A stretch of 63,892 nt of DNA, counting the filler, from Olpidium bornovanus S191 (Eukaryota > Fungi > Olpidiomycota): assembly GCA_017911155.1 (NCBI GenBank). It is 33 parts of 33 records of this genome, joined end to end, with 100 filler letters (N's around TTAATTAATTAA, not from the genome) between each part and the next. Parts side by side here need not be neighbours in the genome. Positions count along the whole stretch, not along the records: positions 22,016 to 24,305 come from JAEFCI010004693.1; positions 24,406 to 28,759 come from JAEFCI010004357.1; positions 28,860 to 29,996 come from JAEFCI010010964.1; positions 30,097 to 32,202 come from JAEFCI010002190.1; positions 32,303 to 33,395 come from JAEFCI010004817.1; positions 33,496 to 34,917 come from JAEFCI010013229.1; 27 more parts are not named here. One strand, written 5' to 3'. This document shows, in pieces, positions 22,360 through 34,231 of this stretch. Both the position numbers and the translations under genes were made by a program. Positions within the stretch are counted from its first letter, which is position 1. Each line of letters begins with the position of its first letter. Under the pieces are notes generated by a model, which saw nothing but the letters and a program-made list of their open reading frames with translations, was not told the origin of the DNA and did not search any database.

Positions 22360-24305
22360 TGTTATGTGGTATTTCGAATCGGGTGTGTTGCGTTTCGCTC
22401 ACAGAGAGCACGGGGAATCTACATATCGGTCACGTGACTGTCACAGACACACATAGAACTGTAGCTAACACTCCCCCGCGGCGCGCACATCACCACAAGC
22501 GCGCAAATCAAACCCATCGCCCGCGCATGCTTCTCCGACTTCACACGGTCGAGAACCTTCGTAAGCGCATCGGCAACCATGTCCGCCGTCCGACCGTCGA
22601 CGATGGCGACGAGCTCCCGCGCGACGATGTCCTGCACGAAGTGCCAGCGCACGTCGATGTGCTTACTGTGTTGGTGGTGCACCGGATTCTTCGCGAGTGC
22701 CGGTGCATCGCGACTGTCATTGATGATAGAAATCATTGACTCCTTCTCACCGAGCTCGACGAGAAGCTGCCGAAGCCATAGTGCTTCCTTGCAACCTTCT
22801 GCAAGGGCGATATACTCGGCTTCGGTGCTTGACGTGGCAACAATTTCTTGACGTCGACTTTTCCAGCCGACGGCGCCGCCAACGAGTAGAAAGGCGAAGC
22901 CGCTTGTGGACCGGCGCGTCTCGCGGCATTCGGCGTAGTCAGCGTCACAAAAGCCGGCTGGAACAGTCGAGCCCAAGCGGCGGAAAGTGAGCGCCCAATG
23001 CGCTGTCGTCCGAAGGTGTTGCAGCACACGCAGCCCGGCATCCCAGTCCGCTTGACGAGGGTCCGACTGGTGCCGCCCCAAAAAGCCGACGAAGAACGCG
23101 ATGTCGGGGCGCGTTCCCATCGCGACAAAAAGGAGACTCCCGACGAGTTCCTTGTATTTGCGGAGATCTACGCGCTCGCCGCGGTCCTTAATCGTCGTGG
23201 TCGTCGTGATTGATGCCGGCAAGCTCCGCACCTCACGTGCGGGCACCGCATACTTTTGGGCCAGTTCGCGAATGTAGGCTTCCTGATTGATGGAGATAAT
23301 TCCGTCACCGATGTCGACACAGAACCCCAGAAGCGACTTCAATGGCCCGGCCGTGATACGGAATTCCCGCGCCAGGTGTTGCTCAATGTGCTTCAGTCGG
23401 TCCCGACTACGGGCGAAGACGACGAGGTCGTCGACCCAGGTCAAACCCATGCGAGATCGTTCGAGTCCAAAACAAATGCTCCCGGGTCTGATCGAAGACG
23501 CCGGAGCCCCTGTTTTCGAAGTGCCTCCTCAAGGCGAGTCGCCCATGCGCGGCCAGCCTGCTGCAGTCCGTAGATCGGCCTTCGCAGCCGAAGCACGTAA
23601 CCCCGCGGCACACGCATCCCGGCCGGAGGTTCCAGGTATAGTTCTTCGTTGAGGAGGCTGTTCAGATACGCTGTCGCGACATCGGCGCCGAACATCTCGA
23701 ACATCTTCTCAACCGCAAGCGCCAGACAGGTCCGCAGCATCGCCAAACGCATGACTGGGGCGTACGTCTCGGTGAAGTCGACGCCTGCTAGCTGCGTGAA
23801 CCCACGCGTGACCAGATGTGCTTTGTACTTCTTGAACAACCCGTCGGCGTTGCGTTGCGCCTTGAAAATCCATTTGCTGCTAATGGCTGAGCGGCCCGCG
23901 GGCAGCGGGACCGGCTTGGGATCCCATGTGCCGTGCTCAGCGTGTGCGGCCAATTCCTTCTCGATGGCGACGCGCCAAATGTCCGGCTTCTGTGCTTCTT
24001 CAAACGTTTGTGGCTCATCGACGGTATTCACTGCTGATGTTGAACGTAGTGGGGAGGGGAGGGTAAGGCGAAAAAGTGCAAGGAAATTACGCGTATCTTT
24101 TGGCCCTCCCCAAGGTCCCCCTGCTGTTACGACCCGATGCAGCAGGATCGAACGCGTTGCAAGATCCCAAGCACGCGACCTTGTCATGCTTGAAGCTCCT
24201 CTAATCCCTTGGTCAACGCCACTTTGTCCGCTGCCCTGGTGCACTTGGAGGGGGAATGGTCGACAGAAACGGCTTACCAAAATACCCTGCAATTGTTTGC
24301 CTGAA
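22360..24305 (-). mobile_element. Ty1/copia LTR retrotransposon 3' part: RT, RNase H, PPT and 111-bp 3' LTR
   Basis: RT motifs KWIFK, YKAHLVTRGFTQ, IYGLQQAGRAW and WVDD. RNase H motifs GFCDADYA, SSTEAEY, KHIDVRWH and ADALTK. 1-nt frameshift near 23445. PPT GGGGGAG at 22477-22471. LTR TGTTAG...CATAACA at 22470-22360. Confidence 0.95.
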
Positions 24306-24666
24306 NNNNNNNNNNNNNNNNNNNNNNNNNNNNNNNNNNNNNNNNNNNNTTAATTAATTAANNNNNNNNNNNNNNNNNNNNNNNNNNNNNNNNNNNNNNN
24401 NNNNNCCCCCCCCCCCATGCGCACGGGCGCTTTGCGGCCGCAGCATTGCGAAAATACACAAACCGCATTGCACCCGCCAGCTGCGTCACACGACCGCGAC
24501 TTTATCAAGTGCTCTCTATGTTGAAGTGCACGTGTTTGAATAGTTGTCTAACTACAAGAAAAAAATTCTTTTCGTGGCCGGGGACCCGCAAGGACAGCGC
24601 CGACTCAGCCACTTGCGCGCTCGTGACATAGTTTGTTGCCTCTGTTCCGCGTCGCTCTGACGGACT

Positions 24667-27600
24667 TCACGGCGCCATTTTCAGAGCGGCCAACTCCTTT
24701 GCGACGCTGTCCTCAGTCGCAATCTTCTGCAGCTGCGTCTGTTCCAGAGCATCCCCTCTGTCCCGGCGCTCCTTGAGCTCCGCGATCTGCCGGAGCTTCT
24801 TCTCAACGTTGCGGATCTTCTTGTCCATTTCCGGCATTCCGCTGCCCGCGGGTACAGCGGCGTGGCCCGCGTCTGCGGCTTTATTGGTTGCGCTAGAAGG
24901 CCGGGGTTCTGGGATATGAAAATTAGATGTTTGAACCGGTCAGGGTGCGGCTGGAAATTTGCCTGGAACGGGAAAGCGAGATGACAGAGCGCGCGGAAAC
25001 CGCTCGTACCGCCGGCGGGCAACCCTTCCTTAGAATCCGCTGCGGCGGCCGCCTCCTCCTGCTTTTTCTTCTTCGCGGACTCCCGTTTTTTCTTGTTTCG
25101 AAGTGTCGCTTTTGACGCTACAAACAGGCAAACAATGAGGGGAATATCGACGCAAAATAACGCTCTGCAAACACGAAAGAGTCACATGGCACGTACGTTC
25201 TTGTTCCCCTTGGCTTACAGAGGCGGTTGCGGCTGCTTTGGAACTCGTAACGGCAACGGAGTCCTCCCGCTAAAAGTTGTTGGTAATTTTAGGTTATTAG
25301 TAACTTGCCCAGATCAGCCACATTTTGTTTCATAAAAAAAAACCACAACAACCAACCTGATAGATGGCAGGCGCAGCGGCACCCCGCGCACCGGGGGGTC
25401 GATACTTCCCCACCGGCTTAGCTGCACGCGTATAAGAGCATATCAGTCTATGACGACCTCGGTGAACCAAACCGGAAAACCTCCTCTGCTTAATGCCACT
25501 CACCAGACGCAGGTTTGGCGGTTACACCCTCAATACCCTTTGGCGTCGGCTCCAGCTTCCCCGTCATCTCCGGCAACGGCACGTCTAGACAGCGCGGCTG
25601 CCATGCAACCTGATAGAGCTCGTCCACATCTCCCTTTGCGACTACTACACCACGGTAGTGCCAGAGAGTGTATCCATTGTCAACGCGCAACCGGGGGGAC
25701 ATCGTCGACGTCATCACATAGCGACCATCAGGTGACCATTCGCATTGACTGGCGTTGGAAGTTGTGCACGAGGAGATTATCTGCAGCGTATTCCGGTCCC
25801 AAAAGTCCTGCACGAAAGCGGAAGCGAGTCAGTCAGTGCCACGCCTTGGAGGAAAAAAGCGAAATTATAGAAGAGATGACAACCATTTGGCCGGCGAGAT
25901 TTCCGAAGCCAGCGATGCAAATGATTCTGCCCTGAGGATTGAACCGTACGAAATTCCACGGCTTGGCACCGAATTCGTGGATGACGTTGGCACGCTGATC
26001 AAACAGTGTCGCCTTGGCCGGCATGACTACAAAAAAATCGAAGTAAGCTTTTTTACGCGACGCCGTTAAGGACACGTTCCTGGCTGCAGAACTACAATAA
26101 TAACGTACACCCGTACACGACAACGAACTCTTTGGAATTTGGTCTCCATGCTACGTCATGAATAGCTCCTTCCTTATCTAAGCATTAAAGATAACGCGTG
26201 AGCCGCAATGCAACGCAGAATGTCACAACGCGCGTAACCAAATTCTGCTTACCGAGATGTACCCGACAATCGAAATTCCCGGCAACGGCAAGGTAATAAA
26301 GATTTGTCTCTAATTGAAACCGTAGTTCGTTGTTGAGCACGCATCATCCGGCGCATAAAAATCTTTTCCGCCGATCATGAAAGGAACGTAGACTACAGGA
26401 GCATTACCCCCATAATAAGATTTTCCAGTTTTATCGGTTTCCGTTTGTGTCAGAAACAAGAGATTGGTGCCTTTGACGCAGGAACGTCCAAAAACAAAAA
26501 AAAAATTAAAAAAAAATCGAAACGACTGACGTGCCAGAAAAAAATATGTTACTCAGGAAACTGGCCCGTAGGCAACTGACGCTCACCAAAGTCGTTCCAT
26601 ATAAACTGGACGCGGTCCGCTTTGTAAAACGTTTTCTGCGTCAGCGCAGCGTTGAAGTTGGTGATACTGTACAATCGGACGCTGGCAGGCGCTCCCTATA
26701 GCCGATGGCCTAACATTAGCACTCAGTCGCAAATACGCAACGTAGTGTGCACACCCAAACGGTGCGTGAAGAGAGAAATAAACCACGGACTTTCTTTTCA
26801 GGCATAAAGACAGCAAGGGATGGACTCTTTCCAGGCGAAATCGAAAACTGTCCCAGGCCCTCCAACTTGAACTTGCGGTAATGCGGCGTCGCACCGGTTT
26901 TCGCAGCAGTCACAATCCCGGCGACATCGTAGAAATGAATTTCGTTCGTGACCATCCGCGCACAGTAGTACTCGTCGTCCGACCATTGCAGGTTCCTGCG
27001 TGTCGCCGAAGAAACAGGAGGAGTATGAAGCAATGGACCTTTTCGGTAACGCTCAGATTCGCAGCGTGAATAAAAACACGCACTTACCAACCGACAGCAT
27101 TTTTTTGCGGCCAGGAAACCAACTTCTCTCCCGTTTCCGCGCTCCAAAGAACAAGATTGTGATGCACTGCCCCGTCCTCAAGTTTTGCTGGTCTCGTTGT
27201 TAGTCGACACGCCAGATCACATCACACAATTTTTTGATATTTCTCGCCGTCCAACCCTTACTTGGCCGTTCCCAGGTCGCGAGGAAGGTGCCTTTCGGCG
27301 AGAAACTTATTTCGATTACGTTTTTCTGTGTGATCGTCGCAACCGGTTGGACAGTCCTGGCGTCGTAGATTTGCACGCTGTAAACGGGGTCGAGAAATAT
27401 TGACCAAACTGAGTAGCAACCTTGCCGAATTGGTTGCAGTGGCACGAGTCGCCGACGGGCGCTCGAACCACGTAGAATGAGAGGTGGAAGCATACGCGTC
27501 CGATGTGGCCCACGCCAGACGCGCTCCGTTTTTCGAATACTGAAATGTCCGGACGCTTCCAGTTGGTCTACGAAAATTACGGAAAGACGCAATCTTATGA

Positions 27601-28311
27601 GCCGTTCACGTTCGGCGGGCTCGTTGTTGTGTGGCCCCCAATCTACAGGGAAGACGCACTTCGCAAAGTCCGAGACAGGGGAGCATTCCGGGCGACTTGT
27701 CAGAATCGCGAGCCCAGCCGCACTGCGATCTGCGGCGAGGTGGTAAAGCGTGCACGCCAAGGTCAACGCCCTGTCGAGCCGGCTTCTTACGAAGCAGGGC
27801 TGCCTTTCGCATATGAGGGCTGCCTTTCGCATATGGTCTTCCAATGCAGTTGGCACCAAAACGACGGTGAGCGCTATGAGTGGCCCTCCTTGGGCAGCAG
27901 AGGTTTATTCTTTTTTCAACAGGCGGGCAGCTTTTTTGGTTGTGGCGACGGCGTTCAAACACCGCTGCGAAGGCCACCCTCCCGGGCAACAAGCGCGGCA
28001 AAACTCAGCCGCCCGTTTCCAAGGGAGCCCACGGGCGGGCGATCCCACTGTTCTCACTCCTCGCGAGCAGCCCTTGCATGCTGTGCAGTGTTAAGAACTG
28101 GCCAGACACAACACGCTCGAGGACGCGGGAGCGCCGCGGGGGTGTCTTCTGCTGGGGAATAACCGTGGTCCGCCCGCGTCCGTCGGCGCGCCCGGTGGGG
28201 GATTTTTTTTTTTTTTTTTTTTCCACGGGCTCCACAAAAGCGCGGCAAGTCCCCCCTCGGGCACTCCCACTCACAGGCGAACTGCTGCGGCGGCAGGCCC
28301 GCGGAGTCCAT
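24667..28311 (-). CDS. EIF2A: Eukaryotic translation initiation factor 2A, apparently complete, more than ten exons
   Basis: Start exon 28311-28275 (MDSAGLPPQQFA), then exon from 27729 (YRS). Later exons include FSPKGTFLATWE, LQWSDDE, KTFYKAD, DKTGKSYYGETNLY, DKEGAIHDVAW, AGFGNLAGQMDFWD and TMSPRLRVDNG, ending DKKIRNVEKKLRQI..MAP-TGA at 24669-24667. Confidence 0.96.
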
Positions 28312-28474
28312 GGCGCAGACGGCCGAGGGGGCCGCGGAGGGAGGGTTTCTTGTTGTTGTTGTTGCTGCTGTTGTTGTCGTCGTCGTCGTCGTCGCCGCCT
28401 TTTTTTTTTGTTTGTCTGGGGCAGTTGGTTGGGGGGGGTTATGGGTCCGCCTTTTTTCCACTCTGTGGGCTGGA

Positions 28475-28752
28475 AGAACAAGAAGAGGAAGAAGAATAAG
28501 AAGAAGAAGAAGAAGAAGACGAAGAAGAAGGAGAAGAACAAGAGGAAGAAAAACAAAACGAAGAACAAGAAGAAGAAGAAGAAGAAGAAGAAGAAGAAGA
28601 AGAATAACAAGAAGAACAAGAAGAAGAAGAAGAAGAACAAGAAGAAAAAAAAAGAAGAAGAACAAGAAGAAGAAGAAGAAGAAGAAGAAGAAGAAGAAGA
28701 AGAAGAACAAGAAGAAGAAGAAGAAAAAGAAGAAGAAAAAAAAGAAGAAAGG
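28475..28752. repeat. (AAG)n/(GAA)n trinucleotide microsatellite upstream of eIF2A
   Basis: About 280 bp of imperfect aagaagaag. Confidence 0.95.
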
Positions 28753-30957
28753 AACATGCNNNNNNNNNNNNNNNNNNNNNNNNNNNNNNNNNNNNNNNNN
28801 NNNTTAATTAATTAANNNNNNNNNNNNNNNNNNNNNNNNNNNNNNNNNNNNNNNNNNNNCCCCCCCTCAGCCCGCCCTTCCGGCGTCTGCCGTCCGCGGG
28901 TTTTCGGCGTCCGCTTTGCTTACCTGACTGCCGTCACGGCGTTGAGCTCGGTCCTCTTCCAACGGCGTCTACACGAAAAGTTTGCTTCTCGGCCGCAGGC
29001 GTCAAGTCGACGAACTCGCTTCTTCCCCCCACGGGCGCCCAGTTCGCTCCTTCCCGGCGGACATCCCGGCGTCCGGCTTTTCTTTTCGGAGCTTTTTTTG
29101 TGACTTCCACACGGCAGCAGGCGAAAGCGCCCAACGTACGAGCACAACTTGTCGCGCAAGAAAAATTATGGGCTCTCTCATCCACGGAAGCAGCAACGGG
29201 GCTCTGCTTCCGCGGATGAGAAAGTTATCCTTTCATTGCCTTACGGGTTCCCACGCCACGCAGAAATTGTTATAGAAGACGACATAACCAGTGATAAATT
29301 GTGGAACTACTGGGTCGCTCGCATTGGTGCTATCTGTAAAATGTTGTCAAACTTGTTGCATCTGACGATGCGTTGTGAAAATTCCAGCCGAAGGTTTGTC
29401 CTGCCCAACAAACCGTGCACCTCCTGACACGGGTCGACTGGGGATTCTGGGCCCCAGTTGGCGGGTTCGACTTCCTTGGTTGCTTCTGCTTTTAGAGAGA
29501 TAGGTCTTTGATAATCGGTTGCCACAGGGGTTGCGGGTCGGTCGGTCCGCCGGCGGGGATTCATCATGGATCGCGCTGTTTCACCGAAATTACGGGGCGC
29601 TGCCTGCTGCATATTAATGGACAGGCGGGGAAAACGTTCGATAATCTGGCACTGTTCGAGATAATGGGGGTGGCGTCGCGACGGCTCGGACGAGACGCAA
29701 AATGCCAAAGATACCCGTCCGAGCGGGGAGCGGATTGATGGCCCTGCGGACTTCGCACCCGCGGCCGTTTTGCTTATATTTTTGCGGGAAAGCGGGAAGC
29801 GGAATGAGATTTTTTTTTCATGGTCACCAACTTGATATCCCACTGGGGAGACTTTGGCTGCGCGCATTTATGCCGCATGTTCTCGCTCGGCTCGAACGAA
29901 TGCCTCCCCAACGGCGAAAAGGACGCCGATTTTCGACCGAGACACTCAAACGCGCCGCTCCCTGCAATTCCTGAAAGTCAGGCCAAAAAAAATACANNNN
30001 NNNNNNNNNNNNNNNNNNNNNNNNNNNNNNNNNNNNNNNNTTAATTAATTAANNNNNNNNNNNNNNNNNNNNNNNNNNNNNNNNNNNNNNNNNNNNCATG
30101 AGAAAGTTCACAAGCCTCTCCTTGAAACTCAGGTACTTCTCGGGCCACTTCTCCTCCGGCTCCCGCTCTTGCGATTTTTTTGCGGCATCTGGCGGCGGAG
30201 CCTCATCTTCCCCGGTACACTCTGCGCGCTCTCTCGCTGCGACATATCCGGGAGAGGCTTTACGTTCGCGGTGACACACGGGCTTTGCCGGTGGAGGGCG
30301 AGGCCGCATGGCCGCCAGGGGATTGGAAACCGCCTTTCTGGCATCTCTTGATGCCTGGCAAAGCTCTGCACGGAGAGATCGAGAAACGCCTCAGCCGGGC
30401 ACGGCAAGTTTCCAGGGCTAAGGGATTCGTCGCCAACGCCGGTTACACCGCACCCTTCAGCGTGACAGCTTTTTTCGCTACGTGCATCGGCTGCTCGTAC
30501 GATGTCCTCCTCGAAAGCCGTGGCGACTCCGACTCTCTCTGTCCATCGGTCTCGCGCTCGCCCGCCTGAAGATCCGGAGGCGGAGCGACGGCCATTGCCG
30601 CTGGCCGGCCGCTCCCCATTGCGGCCAAGTTTCCCTGGATGCAGACGGACCGTCAAACCAGCAGCACGTCTGCGCGGGCGAAAATAACTTTGCGTGGGAT
30701 GCCGGGGAAGGCTCGGCTTTAGGGCCGTGGACCGGGCGGGCACAATGCACCCCGGGATCTGCCGGTGAGTGTGAACGAGGGGGCGGGTTTTGTTCCCCGT
30801 GCGAGATTGCGCGAATCGGACGGGCAGCCGCGTTGAGAGCCAGCGGGCGCGCCCCGCCCGCCCTCGCGCGCAGGAACCGGCGAGAGAGAGAAAGAGAGAC
30901 GATCGGGGCCACCACCGGAGAAAGCCCGGATCGACGAGGGGACGGAACTTTTCGGGC

Positions 30958-32158
30958 ATGTCGACCGCCTCCAAAGGAACCGTGCGCCCGTACAAGGACG
31001 CCGCGACGAAGAAGCCCGGCCCGCCCAAGGCGCCGTTGGGCGCGGCGGCATCGTTGTCGCGGAAGCACCAAGCCGCAGCGCCGAGATCTCGACGGGAAGC
31101 TGCCGAAGAGCCTCCGCCGGCAGGCCTGGCGGCGCAGGCCGAAAGGAATGCAGGCGCCGCGGGGGGCGCGGCCCCTCTGTACACGATCGCAAAGACCGCG
31201 AAGCCCGGTGCTTCTTCCGCCGCCGCGAAACTTGCCCCCCAGCAGCGCGTCGGGGGAAGCGCTGCGGCCCTCGCGAGAGAGAAGACGTCGAATATCGTCT
31301 CGCGTCCATCGCAGCTGCAGCCGTCTACGAGACAGCCGCGGTACGCGGCTGTTTTGGACGTCGCCGACGTGTTCGTCGGCGAGGACGAGGACGACATTAA
31401 GCTTCCCGACGAGCAGCAGCGGACAGCTAAAAACGCCGATATCCCGATCTCGTCCGTCTCTTTGGAGGAGCTCGCGGACGGGGAGAAGGGTGAGAACCGG
31501 CCGCTTGGCGGAGGCGTTCCCTTTCGGCGTCTTTTGGTGCCGTGCAACTCGTCTGGTTTTCCTGCCAAATCTAACTTTCGAACGTGCAAAGGACTTTCGA
31601 CGTCACAAGCCAGTTTGCAGAGTGAGGCGGCAAGCGAGGTCGCGTACGAAGAGGATTTCGAGGTACATTTTCCTGGCAGAAAACATGGCCATGGCGTGGC
31701 CTCCACGTTCCAGTTGCCTGATCGCTGCTCTGGTTGGGAGCAATCAACACAACCAGGAGTACGAAGAGGATTTCGAAGAGTTCAATGAGGAACAGGTTGC
31801 ATCCAATGGAAGTCCTACAAAAGTGCTTCGGTCCCACTCGCCCGTCGATGTCGACGCGTCTGCGAAAGGAGAATTGGCCGCTGTGTCCAGCGAAGTCGAG
31901 CAGGAGCCCTCGGAGGAGGAAGCTGAACCCTCGGCAGTCGACGCAGTAAGCCACTTGGACGTCGTGTGGCGCTCGCACCTGGCGAATAAATGGGTGACCC
32001 TTTATAATACCTAGATACGCAAGGCGATAGACGACGAGAACAAACGTACGGTACAGCAGCGCACAGAATCTGCTGATAAGAAGGAACGGCAGTTGGCTGA
32101 GGTGCTTTTGCCGGAAGCTGCCTCGTCTATCTCGAAAGCATCTGGGCCTTCAAGCAAG
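30958..32158 (+). CDS. WDR60: Probable cytoplasmic dynein-2 intermediate chain WDR60/DYNC2I1/FAP163, N-terminal exons
   Basis: ATG at 30958 and a low-complexity first exon. Successive GT-AG exons encode AYEEDFE, EYEEDFEE and IRKAIDDENKR. This YEDDFE...I-x-AI-x-x-EN pattern is what I recall for WDR60 N-termini. The WD40 part lies outside the contig. Confidence 0.65.
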
Positions 32159-32621
32159 TACCGTGACTTAGACCCCCCTTGGCCACAACCGCGTTTAGCA
32201 TGNNNNNNNNNNNNNNNNNNNNNNNNNNNNNNNNNNNNNNNNNNNNTTAATTAATTAANNNNNNNNNNNNNNNNNNNNNNNNNNNNNNNNNNNNNNNNNN
32301 NNACAATGCCCGAACGAGCTAAGCCCGCAAACCAGATTTTGAGCTCGACCCTCCAGCCAATTCCTCTCGTCCAGGGGGGCGATGGTGAGGCGAGCCTCAA
32401 GCAGTGTCGAGTGGCTGTCCATGGTCGCCTCGCTCGCCTCGAAGTGATCGCGGGGAAGGAAAAGAGGCACGTGAGTGGGGCCAATTCGGACTGCCGCCCT
32501 TCCTAAGTTCTAATGTTCGGGTCAAGCACTTGCCGGTGGCCCCGCGTCCTTCTCAAAGGCTAGCGGGGGCAAAGTGGGCTTTTCCTCCTGTGTTTAAATT
32601 TCGGGGACTGAGCCGGAGACC

Positions 32622-32667
32622 GCGCCGGATGGATGGCGCCGGATGGATGGCGCCGGATGGATGGCGC
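32622..32667. repeat. 14-bp tandem repeat, 3.3 copies
   Basis: GCGCCGGATGGATG at 32622, 32636 and 32650. Confidence 0.9.
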
Positions 32668-33299
32668 TGCCTTTTCCTGCTGCGCGCGCGCCGGCGCGCG
32701 TGGGTTCCTTCCTTCCTACTCTCGCCCGCGCGGCTGGTTGCGCCGACAAACGGCGCGCTCGCGCGGTTTCCTTCGAGCGGTTTCCGTCGCCCTCCTCCTT
32801 CCTGCGCCCGCGCCGACGGACGGCGCGCTCGCGCGGATGGTGCTGCGCGCCAACGGATGGCGACCGAGCTCCTTTCTGGGGGTAGGGGGGGGAGGCGTGA
32901 TGGAGCGTCACGGACAGGGCAGCCGCCTTGGGCTCATAACCTGTTGCGGTTTATTTCGGAAGGAGGTCCGAGAAAAGGGAAAAGAGGGGCGGAGGGCTCC
33001 GCCGGTGGCGGCCCGAAGAGTGTACTCGACTGCCCATAACAGGAGGTGGTTGTCGCCGTCAGTTCAGAGATCAGCACGTCGTCCGTTCCAGACCCTAACC
33101 AGTCTTCGTTTAGGTTTCGAAAAAAGGATGCTCGTGGGATTACGAAAAAACGTGTCCGCCCCTTCTTTTCCTCCTGTGACCACGTCACTCACTCGTTGTC
33201 CACATCCTTACTTCAAGGCGTGTTCAGTCTTTCGCCCACAAGCCGCGGCGCGTTTCAAAATATCAATGCAATGCGGGTGGGGGGGACAGGGGGGGGGGG

Positions 33300-33331
<32 letters not shown>

Positions 33332-33495
33332 GGCGGGGGGGCCCAAAAAAACTGCGAAAGAGGCGAGTTTAAAAAAAAAAAACAAGGCGACAGCANNNNN
33401 NNNNNNNNNNNNNNNNNNNNNNNNNNNNNNNNNNNNNNNTTAATTAATTAANNNNNNNNNNNNNNNNNNNNNNNNNNNNNNNNNNNNNNNNNNNN

Positions 33496-34231
33496 CATGG
33501 CCCTGGTTTCCACCCTGGAAGAGCGCCGGCTCCGCAGGCGCAAAGTCGAGAAGATCGTCGGACAGCAGAAAACCCTCCGGGGCCCGCTGTTGTCCGCCAC
33601 GGATCGGACCGGTCCTGTTTTCCGCGGATGGCCAAACCGCCTCGCGGCCGTCAGAGCGAGCTGCTTCGGAGATCCAGCGCTTGTCCGGCGCCGGCGGCGG
33701 AAAACAGTTGTGCTCGTAGTCGTAGCTGGAGGGCGACGCGGGGACGGCGTACGGATCCTGGCCGCCGAACGAGTAGAGCGGTTGGGACGGCCGACTGTAG
33801 ACGGCGAGAGGAACCGCGGGCCCCTGAGCGAAGCGTCCGGCGGCGGCGGGCCAAGCCTGCCGGGAGTGCGCGGCGCGCGACGGCGACGCGTAGCTTTCCT
33901 CGGCGCCGGCGCCGGCCCCGGCGGCGCTGACGGGGAGCGCTAAAAACCGGGGCGACGCCCCGCGACTTTCCTCCGCGCCGCCGGGCGCGCCCTCGGGAAG
34001 AGGGGGTTGCCCGTGGCACTTGTGAAGACGCGGGAAGGGGACGGAAGCCGTCCTTCCAGAAGAGGAGTCGCCGGGGCTGCTGCTGCTGCCGCCGCCGCCG
34101 CCGCCTCGGGCAAGCGCGAGGGCCAAAGCGCGAACTGCGGACGGTGCGTGCGTGGGGGAGGGGGTGAACTCGGCCTGCTGGGGCAGGCGGTGACGGCGGT
34201 AATCGGCAGCGGCGGGGACGCCGCCGACCAT
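33496..34231 (-). CDS. Hypothetical Pro/Ala/Ser-rich protein, N-terminal part
   Basis: Open frame of about 245 codons from an ATG-region start to the contig end. No recognisable domain and GC-rich, so it could be spurious. Confidence 0.35.

Noticed and set aside
25385-25420. Hairpin CCGGGGGG..CCCCACCGG resembling a tRNA T arm or snoRNA stem
   Set aside because: It is the antisense of the eIF2A coding segment KPVGKYRPPGARG.
29440-29475. B-box-like GGTTCGACTTCC preceded by a hairpin (possible tRNA)
   Set aside because: Spacing is off by one base, and no D arm, A box or acceptor stem can be formed.
30129-32014. Overlapping 500+ aa ORFs on both strands
   Set aside because: They are GC-rich antisense or alternative-frame shadows of the spliced WDR60-like gene, with no independent motifs.
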